A stretch of 64,000 nt of DNA from Balanoglossus misakiensis (Eukaryota; Animalia; Hemichordata). The position numbers and the translations under genes are program-made. The notes beneath the pieces were generated by a model that was given only the letters and a program-made list of their open reading frames with translations, was not told where the DNA came from and searched no databases. Positions 1-12,800 of the stretch are shown here, in pieces. The stretch covers positions 13,023,129 through 13,087,128 of the forward strand of contig CM082576.2 of assembly GCA_040954595.2 (NCBI GenBank). Reading direction: 5' to 3'. How positions within the stretch are numbered: the first letter of the stretch is position 1; the number at the start of each line of letters is the position of its first letter.

Positions 1-743
1 ATTGCAGCCACAAGGCACAGAACAGACTTCGCGGGACTCATTTTCTAATGTCCCAGTGTGAGTACAATGTAGATTTGACGCGTCGGGCGATAGGCAGCGC
101 TAATGTCCTCGTGCAATTCATACTTTGCGGTGTTTACGCAATAACCTCATATTATCGTGTACTGTAATGCACTGGTGTATCTATACTCCCCAAATGTCGT
201 TTTCATTTGGGAAACACACACAATATTTAATTAACTTATCTTTTACTTAGCTGACATTTTTTGTCAGAACTAACATTACCAGGAAATATCAACACTTGAC
301 ATTTAAATAAAATAAAGTCATTTTTATAACCTCTCATGAAGTATTTGACAGCACTGGATATTATTAGAAAGGTACTTTTGTTGTCACAGTGGGTGTGGTG
401 CTCTGTAGTTGACACTAATCAAACGTTTCAGATCAATGGAGCCAGACCAGTGCAGTGTGTGTAAAGTGATACACCACAATAACATCTAACCTCAACCAGA
501 ATGTACAAACTGCCTCACTCAGATGGGGATTTTGTTTGTGTTTGTTTTGTTAAATTTTAAATAACAAACCCAATTAAGTTAAGTGGAAACCATAAAGTTT
601 GTGACATTTATAATGCAGATGTAATTCCATGGCTATTTTTTTATCATTCTATTATGAGTAATTATAGAGAAAATGGCATTCCTATTTCTACATGTATCTA
701 CACTTTACAAATCAACAAATTATGGCAAGAATTTTGTTTTTAC

Positions 744-3700
744 CTGATTCGACCTTCTTCAAATCTTTCAATGTGAAACCATCCGCAGAGTGGGGAGACT
801 GAAAGAGAATGAGAGTAAATATCATCAGTATTCCTAATCACCGAAAATGTGGAAAAAATGTCAGTTCTTTTACAATTTTGTTATAAAATTATTTAGCACT
901 CTCAGAAATACGTTTTGATTCTGGGTACATCACATGATAGAATGACAGGAAACATTAATCATTTTTTGTTTGTTTGTTTGTTTCGATAAAACATGACAGA
1001 AACTTCCCCCTGCAGGAAAAGTCTCAGATGTTCCCAAAGAATATCCGGCCCTCTTGACAGAAAAACACCCTTCAGCTGCTACTGTCGAAATAATCACCCA
1101 GATCACTCAGCGTACTTGGTGAACTGGTTCATAGTTGTATACAGTTCTCCACCATATGTGCCTTCTCTACGTTTAACCCTTTCACCACTATGGTTTGCTT
1201 AAAAAAGCCTCCAGAGATGATTATTTTTGTACATGTCTTGTATTGAAAGCAGTGGGTGTACAATCTTGTACATGTATGTCTTGTATTCAGATTTGCAACT
1301 GATTTCCTTGAAAAATATCAAACTTGACAAGGCTATGTTTTCACAGCTAACTGGCGAGTTTGGAATATATTTTTGACTATCTTTCAATCAGGAGGCAAAG
1401 AATGTTACACTTTATCTTTGTACAACTTTATCAACTGTGACTAAGTTACTCGTTAGCTGTATTAATGACAGCATTATTCCAGAATGCAAAATATATAATG
1501 CATTACATTTCTCAACCAAAGGGGAAATCAGATACAAAATTCTCTCTTTTCTGAATTCTCTCTTTTTTCAAGACTTGAGCAGTTGGGTATTACTGCGTAC
1601 TGTATTGAATGAGAATGCCACTTTTGAAATGAAATGAGATCTAACACAGTGCCACACACATTAAGTTACTGTCAAGAAATCTACACTGTAGCTATCTAAT
1701 TAGGCAGGGAATCACTGTCAACACAGATAACAAAAAAGGTTAAATATTTATACACTGAGTACTGATAAGGTGTGACTGACAAGGTACCAGTAAATTTGTT
1801 AAACCACAGAGACTGACTGATATTGGAAGTGGGCAATTTGTAAAATGATGATCAGATGGGATTATGATGCACAAACATTTTCTGTTCAAGGGAAACTCTG
1901 GCTATAAAAATCAATTTGACAGTCACGCCTTCCTAGAAACTGGTTTGCGAGCAAGAAATTTACAGACGCTCTGCAAGACATCTGACGTAACATAATGAAG
2001 AACAGATGCCAATTATAGAAGACTGAATTTCATTTCCAAAAAACACTAACCAACAAGAATTTGACTCCCTTATGTGTATTGGAAAGAAAATACCTCGGGA
2101 GAAAACTGACCGGTAGCAATATTACAACCCCAGACAAGTTAAACAAGACTCTCTTGGTGGGCCCACTTGACTGTATCAGTAACTAGCAGTGCAAACACTG
2201 TTGAAGGAGTAACAGCTGATTAACTTGTCATATATCTGTTGAACCATAGACACGCCTTCTCAACAAACACAGTCATTTTCCCTGGCATCATATTTAATTC
2301 CGACAGCTGTCACTTAAATTCACACTGCTGACATATGAAAAACAAATCTCATTATTTCATTTTATAAGGTACAGTCCTTTTCACGCAGCTTACTCTAATT
2401 GAAATATTTGTGGAATGTGTACATTGAAGCAATGAAAACTTGGCCAAAAATATCTACTCAAAGGGACCAAGTCTTTTTCTGTTGTTTGACATAAAAAGTG
2501 CAACAGATTATGCAAGATTTCAGTCTTCATCAAGCAATTAATAAACTTTAAAACAATATACCACTTCTCAATGCCCCCATGTTCATTTTGGAGACAATGT
2601 TGTCTGAAATGCAAGTAAAAATTATATGTTTGCTTCTATGGATTTTACAAAATTACCGGCTGACAATTCTGTCTCAGTCACATGTATTTGCTGATTTGCT
2701 CTTTTTGTTTGTTCATATGTATAATAATGACACAATTCTTTGTGCCAGGGATCTGGGTCTCGTAATAAGGTCTGATTAAACATGGCTTGTTCTAATTACT
2801 GGTCCTGCTCTTATCTACAGCTGTTACAGTAATGTGGTGTTTGTTTTCTCACAGAATTGGTTTCACTAAATGTGATTACTGGGCACTTCTGAGCCATAAA
2901 GCATGCTAATCATTTACGATCACAGAATCTGTAAACTGGTAAAAAATTCACATGATATGAGATGGAGAAGCTATGAATTATGGAATGCACACTTAGATAT
3001 ACATAATCTAAGCACCCAAAATAAGGATCTTCAGTCTTTGAAAAACAGGATCATTCAAAGCCAATGATGTAGGGGGTGACGAGAATTTGAGACGTCATAC
3101 ACAGAGCTGTCAAAGTAACAAGTTTGGTTGATGGATGATGGAACTGTCTGCTCCTCCTTCATCGGACTGGTAAAGTACATTAAATCAAGCATTCAATGGT
3201 GAAATAAATCACTCACCTGTAGAGCTCTACTCCTTAACTCGAGACACGATGCAATCTTGGACAGAGTTCTCTGTTAAAATTTATATAATGATATTGTTAC
3301 AAGTAAATAATTTATTGTATATGTACAATTTAGATTAACTTGTATGTTTAAGAGTTTCCAAAGAAAACTTGCATAACCTAATAGCTCCCTGGTAAGGATA
3401 TAATATGTTTCATTTGCGGGCATACACCTATCCCTGCAATATCATTTCTGGTCATAATTAATCAAATCAATAAATGTTATCTGATTATCATTCATAAAAA
3501 ACACTGTTGGTTTTTTTCACCTTTTGATCATCTGTGAATGGACTTGAACTTGATGTTGCTTCCTTGTGCAACTGTCTGGAAAGCCTAATATTTGAAAATG
3601 ATATAAGAAAATGAGTATGACGCCAAAACACACACACAACATATTTTTAATAGTAATAATGGTAATCAATTTTGAAATTTCAGGTTTCCTTGACAACTGA

Positions 3701-4129
3701 GTAATGATGTTTGTGACATTGAGAAATTGTAATCATACTGATAATGATAGTAGTTTTAATTACATTTGAATAAAAAAATATTTGTGCTATTTGTCTGCTT
3801 GCATATACTTACATATATCCACTTACTTACATATATCCATACAAGTTATGTTTTTAGTGTTTGTAGGATTTGTTCTTAAATGGTATTAATGTGTCAGTTA
3901 TTTCCATGGCAACTACGTTTATGTTCAGTTATTTACTGATCAAAGAATGTGAAATCACTGTTTTGAACTTAGCGTGTGGAATCCGATGTGAAACAACAAG
4001 CAAACATTTCAATTGTACTTACATCTGATATTCGTCGACTGCTTCGACCAGCTGACCCCAGGAGTCGAAATCGGTCCCTTTGGTGAAGGAACCCTCCCAC
4101 CTTGATATCAATTTTCCCTTTTCACTCAT
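744..4129 (-). CDS. AIDA: Axin interactor, dorsalization-associated protein; first four coding exons, gene continues beyond the left window edge
   Basis: Exons 4129-4023, 3584-3521, 3270-3217 and 798-744 have GT-AG boundaries and consistent phases. They give MSEKGKLISRWEGSFTKGTDFDSWGQLVEAVDEYQMLSRQLHKEATSSSSPFTDDQKRTLSKIASCLELRSRALQSPHSADGFTLKDLKKVES, matching the recalled AIDA N-terminus (DFDSWGQLVEAIDEYQ...KIATCLELRSAALQ...FKLEDLKK). Confidence 0.93.
1173..1197. mobile_element. Solo end of a small piggyBac-like (TTAA-CCCTTT) MITE
   Basis: TTAACCCTTTCACCACTATGGTTTG is nearly identical to the left end of the element at 28555 (TTAACCCTTTCACCAACATGGTTTG). Confidence 0.45.
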
Positions 4130-4829
4130 TTTTATGAAATAAACGAGTGAAAGTACTTGATTCCTGTTTGTTAAACAGGTATGGCTGGATGACAAATCAA
4201 TAGAAATTCGTCGTTGCTTGCCGTCTCTGTCCCGCTTGCGAATTTGACAAGAAATGCGTCCACTACATGCAGTGGCACTACAACAAAGCGTCGGCCAACG
4301 GACTTCCCAGCATTTGTTTTGCTGCTACACGAAGCGGGCGATCAACATCGACGGTTTTTGAGCAGTTACCTGCAAAGTACGAACACAAAAGTCGGCAAAG
4401 TGATAAAATGTGTTGATTATATGCACCTGGCACTGTCAGTTTGTCGGGGTAGTGCGCGGTGTACGAGAAATTCCCCGATAATTCTGCATTTGGGTGGGTC
4501 CGTTTTAAAGCTTGACACCCAGCAACTTTGACCCGGAAGAACAAATCGTTCTGGGTCGCTTGAACGGAAGTAGCAGAACTCGCTACGTCAGGCTTTTCCG
4601 GTTAATGATACAGTGAAAAGAAAAATGGCATTTTATTCACAGAACGTGTAATGTCAAGTAATTATTGAATTATAGATAATTTTCCTAGAAATTGATTGTG
4701 TCTAAATATTAAACTGTTTTGAAAATATGAAAACATTGAGTGTAGTGTTACTATTAATTGCCCGTGCCCTGCACGTGTTTACCAACACATGTACATGTAC
4801 GTGCAGCGAACAAGACATACACTGACAAC
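4130..4829. promoter_or_regulatory. Bidirectional promoter region between AIDA and FKBP3
   Basis: Divergent start codons are 700 bp apart. The interval is locally CpG-rich, with ETS-like CCGGAAG/CGGAAGT (about 4533 and 4565) and a TACGTCA CRE half-site (about 4584). Confidence 0.6.
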
Positions 4830-7800
4830 ATGGGGGATGGACCAAGCCCTCCCTGGACAGCGGAACAGCTTGCTTCCGAAGAAGTATCCAAGAAAGACAT
4901 TGTGCAGTTCTTACAAGACAGTGCCAGTCATGCAGTAGGTTCTTTACTTACATGATGTAACATAGGCGTGATCTTTGTTAGGGTAGGGACCGGGGAAATC
5001 TAACAGACGACGCACTATGATGGCGGCATGGCGCGCCGGATGTGGAACTGTGTGCATGTGTTGCACTCGGTTGTTGCACACACACAAAAAACACACAATC
5101 GCAATGTTTGTCGCTTTTACTCTTTCTTTGCAGCAAAAGATTATAATGGTAACAGAGTAAATTTTAAAAAGCGTGTTTTATTCACCCATTCAACGAATTT
5201 CTCGAAAGTAGGTCATTTCATATAACCTAGTAAAAACTAAAAAAAAGTCGACACCTGATGATCGACCGTGTTGGGGCCCGTCTATGTCTTATCTTGTAAG
5301 ATTAAATATTGATAGTCCGTTGTTAATACGCGCACTTTTATGTTGCTGTTTATACAATAAATTTATGGCTAATTACCTATGCTGTCAGTTATATTCATAT
5401 AACATTGAAAGATTTGTCTATAGCTGTCATAATGTGATGTACATGTACGCCATGTTTATCAATCTGGCAGAATAAATTGTATTAGCTAGCAAACATCTGG
5501 AAATGATCAGTGCATTTTACATGTAGACAGTCTGTACAAACAACATCACACAGGAATGGACCGATTTGATCATTCGGTTGGTTTTGTTGCCAAAAGTTCA
5601 AAACATGATGTTATTTGTACACATATTCAATTGTACATCACCTTTGGCGCATTACCCCACAATGGTGGGCGTGTGTAAGCAATTTTAACTAAAGCACTTC
5701 TATTAGAAACCTGGATAACCATGGCGATGTCTTTGATTCGCAGTTTCTTCAAGAGAACAGGATGAAAGGCCAGTTGAAAAACGTCGTGAAAACCTCCAAG
5801 AAAGAGCATCTGATTGACGTGTACAATACACTCTTTCAAACAAAGGATTTCAAAGGTTCTGCAGAGGAGGAAGCAGCCGCTGCGGCAGAAGCTGACGTTG
5901 CCAGGGTAACAGAGAAAGCAGCAGCGGTGACCGTAAAGGATGATGGAGCCAAGGGAGATGAAGTAAGGCAGATTATTTTTTGTTCAGAATGTTTTCTAAT
6001 AAGTCGTTTTGCAAGAAAATGCTTGTTGTACTGGGCACAATAAAGAGTGATTAAAAAAAGAATTCAGAATGTAATAAGTCGTTTTGCAAGAAAATGCTTG
6101 TTGTACTGGGCACAATAAAGAGTGATTAAAAAAGAATTCAGAATGTCATATTACATATACTGAAGTTTATAAACAACTACGTGTACTATCTTCAAGATGT
6201 AAGTTTTTCGAAAACAAGCCCGTTTCCAACTTTACCATGGGAAGTGATAGATTTGGACCAGGCCATGGGTATGAAAGAGTTGATGCTAACTGTAACTGTA
6301 ACTAAGATGACATGGGTGTTCAAGGAAGAGTTTTCAAATCAACAGAACATCATGATCAAAGAGTGTCAACTTTGGAGTGCGCCCTCTATTGCTGAAAGTA
6401 ATGTGACTGGCACAACAGGCATTCAGTTTTCTATATCTTATTTGATCACTTCTTCAGCAATGTTTATGCCCAATGTAGTTCTGAAACAAACATTGCTATA
6501 TATTCTGAACAGCGAGATATTTTCTGCTATTGGTATATTTATATCAGGACATGTGTACATTGATTTTTGCAGGTGAAAGAGAGGCCCAGATACATGAAGA
6601 GAATACTGAAGAAAGGGGACAAAGTGAACATCCCACAGAAAGGTGACAATGTCAAAGTCTGGTACATGGGCAAGCTAGAGGATGGCACAGTGTTTGACAC
6701 CAACATACTTACAGGTATTATCAATTGTGTTTCCCAAATTACCTATAAAAATTGCCGTACGGGAGAAGGAATTTAGCTGAATGATGAAGATTTCAGAATC
6801 GGCATCAGACGGCCACATGTGCTTGCTATCACTCAGATGAGCTGTATGAACACACAGTGTACAACCCATCATTGCTTACACACTGTTAGTAGACTGCGTT
6901 ACCAATGTGTGATGCATCAGCCTCTTGTTGTCCGTGAGTACACAAATGCAGCATACATGATACATGTACTGTGACATTCCATCCGACTCACATTTCACAG
7001 AGAATCAGGATCATACGGTAGTTGCCATTTACAGCTTTGAGAAGTAGTTGTACTTTTTTTTAAATGGAAAGAACGGTCACAACAATTCACTTTTCTGTCC
7101 TAGGGAAAAAGAAAAAAGGTGCTCAGCCGCTGAAGTTCAAGCTGGGAGCTGGTAGAGTCATCCGTGGGGTAATATACATTCAATGATTATGTTTTGGCTG
7201 TATGTCCCCTGTTGATAGTAGTATACAGTTGTAGTTGGTATGATAATCCACTGGAGAGACTTAATGTGATATTTACAAATTATTTACAAGACTTATATAT
7301 TTTTTTTGGGGGGGGGGGGTAAATTTTGTTTCCATGTCACCAGCCAGATTCTCTGACCATTTTCTGATAGAGTGTGGTGTGCAGCTATGAGAAAACAGAC
7401 ATGGGGGGGGGGGGGGGGGGGGGGCAATGGCTCAATCATCTGAAATGATACAATCGATAGAAATGTGTCCTTTGCACAAAGATCACTCTTATGCTGTGCT
7501 CAAAGGTTTCATAAATGAACAGCTTGCACTGCTATTCATGCATTGTGTTTACCTTTTAGTGGGATGAAGCTTTGCTGACGATGAGTTCTGGGGAGAAGTG
7601 TGAAGTCACTATTGAACCCGAGTGGGCCTATGGAAAGAAGGGAATGGAAGGAAAGTATCCTTTAAATAGCGATCGTCATTTCCCTTTTATGGGAGCGGTA
7701 TGATGTTTTATATGTGCAAGGCCTGCGTCGCCACTGTTCTGGTGATGAGCCAGTATTTGCACTGGCGGAGATACAAAAAAAATAGATTTTCATGAGATAT

Positions 7801-8350
7801 GGAGATATGGACGTGCAAACACAATTAAAGTGTATATTTTAGAGTGAGACTCTATTATGTCGAAAATGCAGACCTATTGTGTAAATTGTATGGACCTAAT
7901 TTGTTTAAAGTGAAATGTCTAACAAGCAAACTTTTACTATGCATGGTCATACATGCTTGACTTACACATTTGGGTTCTGATTGCCCATATCACGTTAGCT
8001 TCAAATATGTGAATCATGCATTTTCATCAATTTGTTAATACTTGGCCAAGTTGTTCATATCAGTTCATATATCATATTGTATGCTGCAATAAAACTGCCA
8101 GGTGACCATATTGACATTTTTCACTGAAACAGTTCTTTTAACAAATTTGAATCCAGTAGGAACTGTATCATTGACAGTGACTTGTTGATCAGTAGCTTTC
8201 ATAGCAAGTGCATGACGTATACTGTTTTGATGTTTTTATTATCTTTCAATCAGTGCTAGACGGTTGCTTTTTATTCCTTGACACTTTTCCCCCAGAATTC
8301 CACCAAATTCGACGTTGATTTTTGAGATCGAACTGGTAGCTATTGAGTGA
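4830..8350 (+). CDS. FKBP3: Peptidyl-prolyl cis-trans isomerase FKBP3 (FKBP25), about 226 aa
   Basis: Exons 4830-4934, 5744-5962, 6573-6714, 7104-7168, 7560-7654 and 8296-8350 total 681 nt in frame. N-terminal basic helical domain: WTAEQLASEEVSKKDIVQFLQ...GQLKNVVKTSKKEHL. C-terminal FKBP domain: KKGDKVNIPQKGDNVKVWYMGKLEDGTVFDTN...KKKK..PLKFKLGAGRVIRGWDEALLTMSSGEKCEVTIEPEWAYGKKG...IPPNSTLIFEIELV. Confidence 0.95.
5997..6145. repeat. Near-perfect tandem duplication, 2 x ~75 bp, in FKBP3 intron 2
   Basis: Unit TAATAAGTCGTTTTGCAAG...GAATTCAGAATG occurs at 5997 and 6072; the copies differ only in the length of an A-run. Confidence 0.9.
7655..8295 (+). other. U12-type (minor spliceosome) GT-AG intron of FKBP3
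   Basis: 5' splice site GTATCCTTT at 7655; branch site TTCCTTGAC at 8274-8282, close to the AG at 8294-8295. Splicing restores EGK-IPPNS. Confidence 0.9.
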
Positions 8351-9805
8351 TCTCAGTGCCACACTGGAGGGTGGACGGTTCAACAGTAGAAACAGTCTTG
8401 TATCCAAACAGATGAGAACACATGAAGAGACATGAAGATTTTGACATGGTCCAAGTATCGAGTTTTTATAAGTCTGCAATTGTATATCTTGTTTGATCAG
8501 ATTCACATCGTAAAACCCCAAATTGTGGGTTGGTCAGTCACAGGAACAAAAATTGTGAAACTTCATTTTATTATCAAGTACATGTATAACTCGAGTAAGA
8601 CACAAAATAAAGTGATTTTATTGACATAGTATTATGCTTTTCACAGCTGATTGACCAACTGTGATGTTCCTGCCACACTTCAGTGTAATTGTGTGGTTTC
8701 AAATGATTTGTCTGCTAATCATAACCTTGTTTGAGGCCTGAAATTGGTTGCGCCGAGAGAAACAAACAGAAAACATTATCAGGGCGTATGGACATGAAAG
8801 TGGCTTTACATGGTAATGGATTTATCATTCATCTTGGATGGCTTTCTCCATTACAAAAGTACCCAATCTCTTTCCAGCTTCTCCTTAACTCTTGTAGTAT
8901 ACCAATGGCAATAAACCTGTATCTCAGTTACGTCTTCTGTGATTGGTTAACATAAGAGCTTTGGACAACCAGTAAAATTCAGAACACGCACAACTGTGTA
9001 CATTGAAGTGGTCCCATAATGGGACCACTGAAATGTTCTTTTTGATTCATGTATGCAAATTTGAGAGGAATTTTATTCACAAACACCAAATTTTGTTGCT
9101 TATAAGACTTGATAATTTGATAGTGATAAAGTTTTTATATCATGTTGGATAATCCTTATCAAGTCAAATTATCTCTTTTAAAGAGAATTTTCTTACAAAG
9201 TGGTACAAAGTACTATTAGAAATCATGTAAGTTTGTTCTATTTCTTTTATTGTATTTCTCAGTTATGAAACAAATAAAAACTTGTTCAGGCATAATTTAT
9301 TCTGTTGACTCGTATTGTTTGGGGAACTGTATGCTTTCAACAGGGTGGTACCTTGCGAAGTATGGTGTTCCATTGGTCAAGTGTGTATAGTGTAGTTTAC
9401 TGGCCTTGTAACTGTGGGATCATGCTGCAATGGCCTACCATCACAATCCCTGCAGTCAGGAAAAGTTCCACAAGGCACACATCCATGTTTTGGTGTCGTA
9501 GGATGTCTGAACCATCGTTTGGGGAGGGGTGTGTTCTGCTTGAGTATGTGACAGATGCCAGCAATTCTCTCAAGCTTAATTTCTCAGGAACATAATGGCA
9601 AATGCTCTGAAGGAAAATCACAGGTAGACACACCACTGTATTTTTTAAAAATCAGACTCTTGGGGGCGCTCTTCACCCCGTCGCCCTTACAGTGGAGGAA
9701 TGTAACAACGGACAGACGTACAATTTAAATTCCTTGTTCAAAATGGCCGAAAATAAGTGAATTTATTGTTTTGTTATTCCCTGGTTGAGTTTTTGAAGGA
9801 AAGCG

Positions 9806-12800
9806 ATGGCCAAGGACAAGGGTCCCTTACATACTGCGTCTAGAGAGGCAGATGCTCTCAAGAGAGAGGTAAAGTGATAAATATTATGTGTTTTATTTGA
9901 AGGGCTGGCGGATGACCCATTCTGCAGCAGCCCTGGCATTGGCAACTGTCCAGCGTTCTTGGCAACCGAAATCATGATTGGTAGCACAAACGCATCATAT
10001 GTAGAATTGCAGTCTTTAGGGGTGTCTGCCGCATATAGAATTTCATCCTGCCCAGGCCCTACATGCATTTGTGTGCGCGCGCTGTGCATGTGAATTGTGG
10101 TGTGTTAGCCCTGCGTGCAGGTCTGTATGTAATGGGGGTATGAAGAAAGCCAGTCCCCAAAATCCAATCATGCCCAGGCTTAGCTGCAATGATTGTAGCG
10201 GGTGCTGCTAGGTTGACTGGTGTATGCGAACACACCAGTCAACCTAGCAGCACCCGCTACAATCATTGCAGCTAGCCAAGGCTTTATTACAGTCATTACA
10301 TGTATAACTGTTTTGCATGATTGAAACAGAAAAATTGCTGTGTCTTTGACAAGTATTTATGTACATATACCTTTTATTTTTCAAAACACCACATGCAAAT
10401 TGTAGGTAGACAAGCTTCTTGGGCAATGTCAGTCTGTTATCGAAGAGTCAACCCATGACCAGAAGGAACTCAGTCAGCTTTACAAACAGTAAGTATTTCT
10501 GTATGGACATTGTGTGCTTCAGCAAGTCGAATTAGATCTACTTCATCATGGAGCTCAGCTACCACATCCATGATTTCATCCTGTGACAAGACTGAAAATG
10601 CAGTGTTCAAGTTTCAGCAGTGTGCCATATACCGGTAGCCTGCCAGTGGGATGCACTGTTGACATTGCAAATGTATGCAAGATACAACGGAAATGTTGGT
10701 ACTGCAAGTAAGAAAAATGATACACACATTGAAATGTTGGCTGACACCAGCAAAAGGTTCCTCAGATTGACTCCATTTTCCTGAAGTTGTGTTTGCCAGT
10801 ACACGGAACACTTTTAAGTCACCCTTTTGCAAAAAACACCTATATGACCTTTCATTAAAAAAGGTCGCTATTGTATATGTGGCAAGTTGAAGTTGTAATG
10901 TTATGATCTCTCCCCACCCCACACCCCCCCCCCCCCAGGACACAAGAACTTCAGAAGAAAGTCAAAAGTCACAACAAGAAAGTGTCCAAATTGGACAAGG
11001 TCAGTGAAAATTTATTGTCTTGTTGATAGAACACAGCAGTATTTTCTGATCAAATTCCTGTAAGAGTTCTCCTGTAAGTGTAATGATGTTGAAAGTCCCA
11101 GAATTTGGCATTCTGGAAAAAAAACGCTATGAAACTTGAAAGTCTGTGGAAAATGGATTTAGCCACCTATCCTATTTTTAAAAGTCTGTGATCATGCAAT
11201 GTAATTGCTAAACTAACATAACAAGAACACAATAATATAAAATTGTCTGCAGTGATATTACAGTACACATTCACTTCTTGAAAATGACACATCCTCAGGT
11301 GCACATATAAAATGCTGCAAACTCTCTTCTTGAAAGTCCTGGAATTTGTATGAATCCAGTGGTAACCTCTTCTCATATTTCCCCAGGGAAATGAACCTGT
11401 ACACGTTGACAAATTTGAAGAGAAGAAGAAGCAAGAGTTGGCAAGACTGAAGACTTTACAGGTGAAACTTAAAAAGAAAGCTCACTTTTCAATTGATTTT
11501 TCACAAATTTGCATTATACTAATACTGATCACAACAAGATATGAGAGACAATCATGGGTTGGTGAAGTTTGCTTGTTCAGTCGGAGGTGTTTTTTCTTTC
11601 TGGAGCTCTCCTTCACGCTTCTAACTTTTCCGTACAAGTTTCTGCTCAAGGCCTGCTGCCATGCGATGATGCCAGTTCATCCTTGTCATATATGTGGTCG
11701 CAACCTAGGTTAAACATACTTTTGTTCTGACAGGACCATTTGTCAAAGGTTGGTGACAAGTTGAAACCTGACAAAGTCGAGGAAGACTACCTTCGGTAAG
11801 TGTGTGTGTGAACATCTGTCTTAAGTTTTTGTTTTGTTTTGCAGTGTGTGGCTTTTTTGTTGTTGCTGGAGTGGGTGTGTTTTGCCAGTACTAATCCACT
11901 TTTCCACAGTTTGCTGTGCCATTCATTTTAGTTTCATCACCCTGCAGTGGACCAGCGGATTTCGGTCTTTGCCGTCTTATTAACTCACTTTGAATATTGT
12001 TCACTGGTACACACGGTACATTGTCAGTTTTCCTGATTCTTTCATCACTTCTGTGATGACGGAATCCAATATTCCCAAAGTCAGATATCCCAGACACCCT
12101 GTTCTTTATTCGCATGCTGATTTCCCAAAATGGTTGAAAACACTGCATTTGCATGTGGAGTTTTTAGTTTAGTTTTAGACATATTTTGCATGCTTTCACC
12201 AAGTGACCAGAAATAAGTAATGGTCAGTGGTCACTGGGCATCACAGCCATCTAAGGTAATCCGTACACTTGCGGATATCAACGTGTTCTTTCTACTGGTA
12301 ATTAAAAGGTAATGACAATTGGTCGTGAGTATATTGAAGACCTGAACTGTTTTTGGTAGAGTCCTTGTGTGGTGGTGGTGGTGGGATTCCGGTGTAGGTC
12401 AGTTCAGGTTTTCAGACACCCACAACCATCACATCCAGACAGTGTGTGTTTGCAGTGGTGTTTAATACTCTTGCCTGTGTAGTACATTCACAACCACACA
12501 CGCAGTATACACGCAGACGGAAATGAGATTTTCTGAAACACAGGCAGGTGTTCCCTGGCAGTACAGGGTGTCTCACACATTCAAATCAGTGGACATTGAG
12601 ATGGGAGACAGGCGCATGCATGCAGACATCACATGTACCACACAGACATGCATCTCGTCACTTGTACACACACATACACACACACACTGTGATGCAAACA
12701 TGAAACGCGATGATGCGTTGTACTAACAGATGCATTTTCAACTTGTTCCTTGTAACAAACACAACATACTTGTAGCTACGGCATGACTGACTGTGCATGC

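Noticed and set aside
6181-6576. 131-aa ORF within FKBP3
   Set aside because: Intronic, non-ATG start, and not needed for a full-length FKBP3.
6781-6850. ATGATGA box-C-like motif in an FKBP3 intron (possible snoRNA)
   Set aside because: No properly placed box D with a terminal stem and no recognisable rRNA guide.
7403-7424. Long poly-G run (others near 7308, poly-C near 10924 and 22276)
   Set aside because: Simple homopolymers; no evidence for G-quadruplex function.
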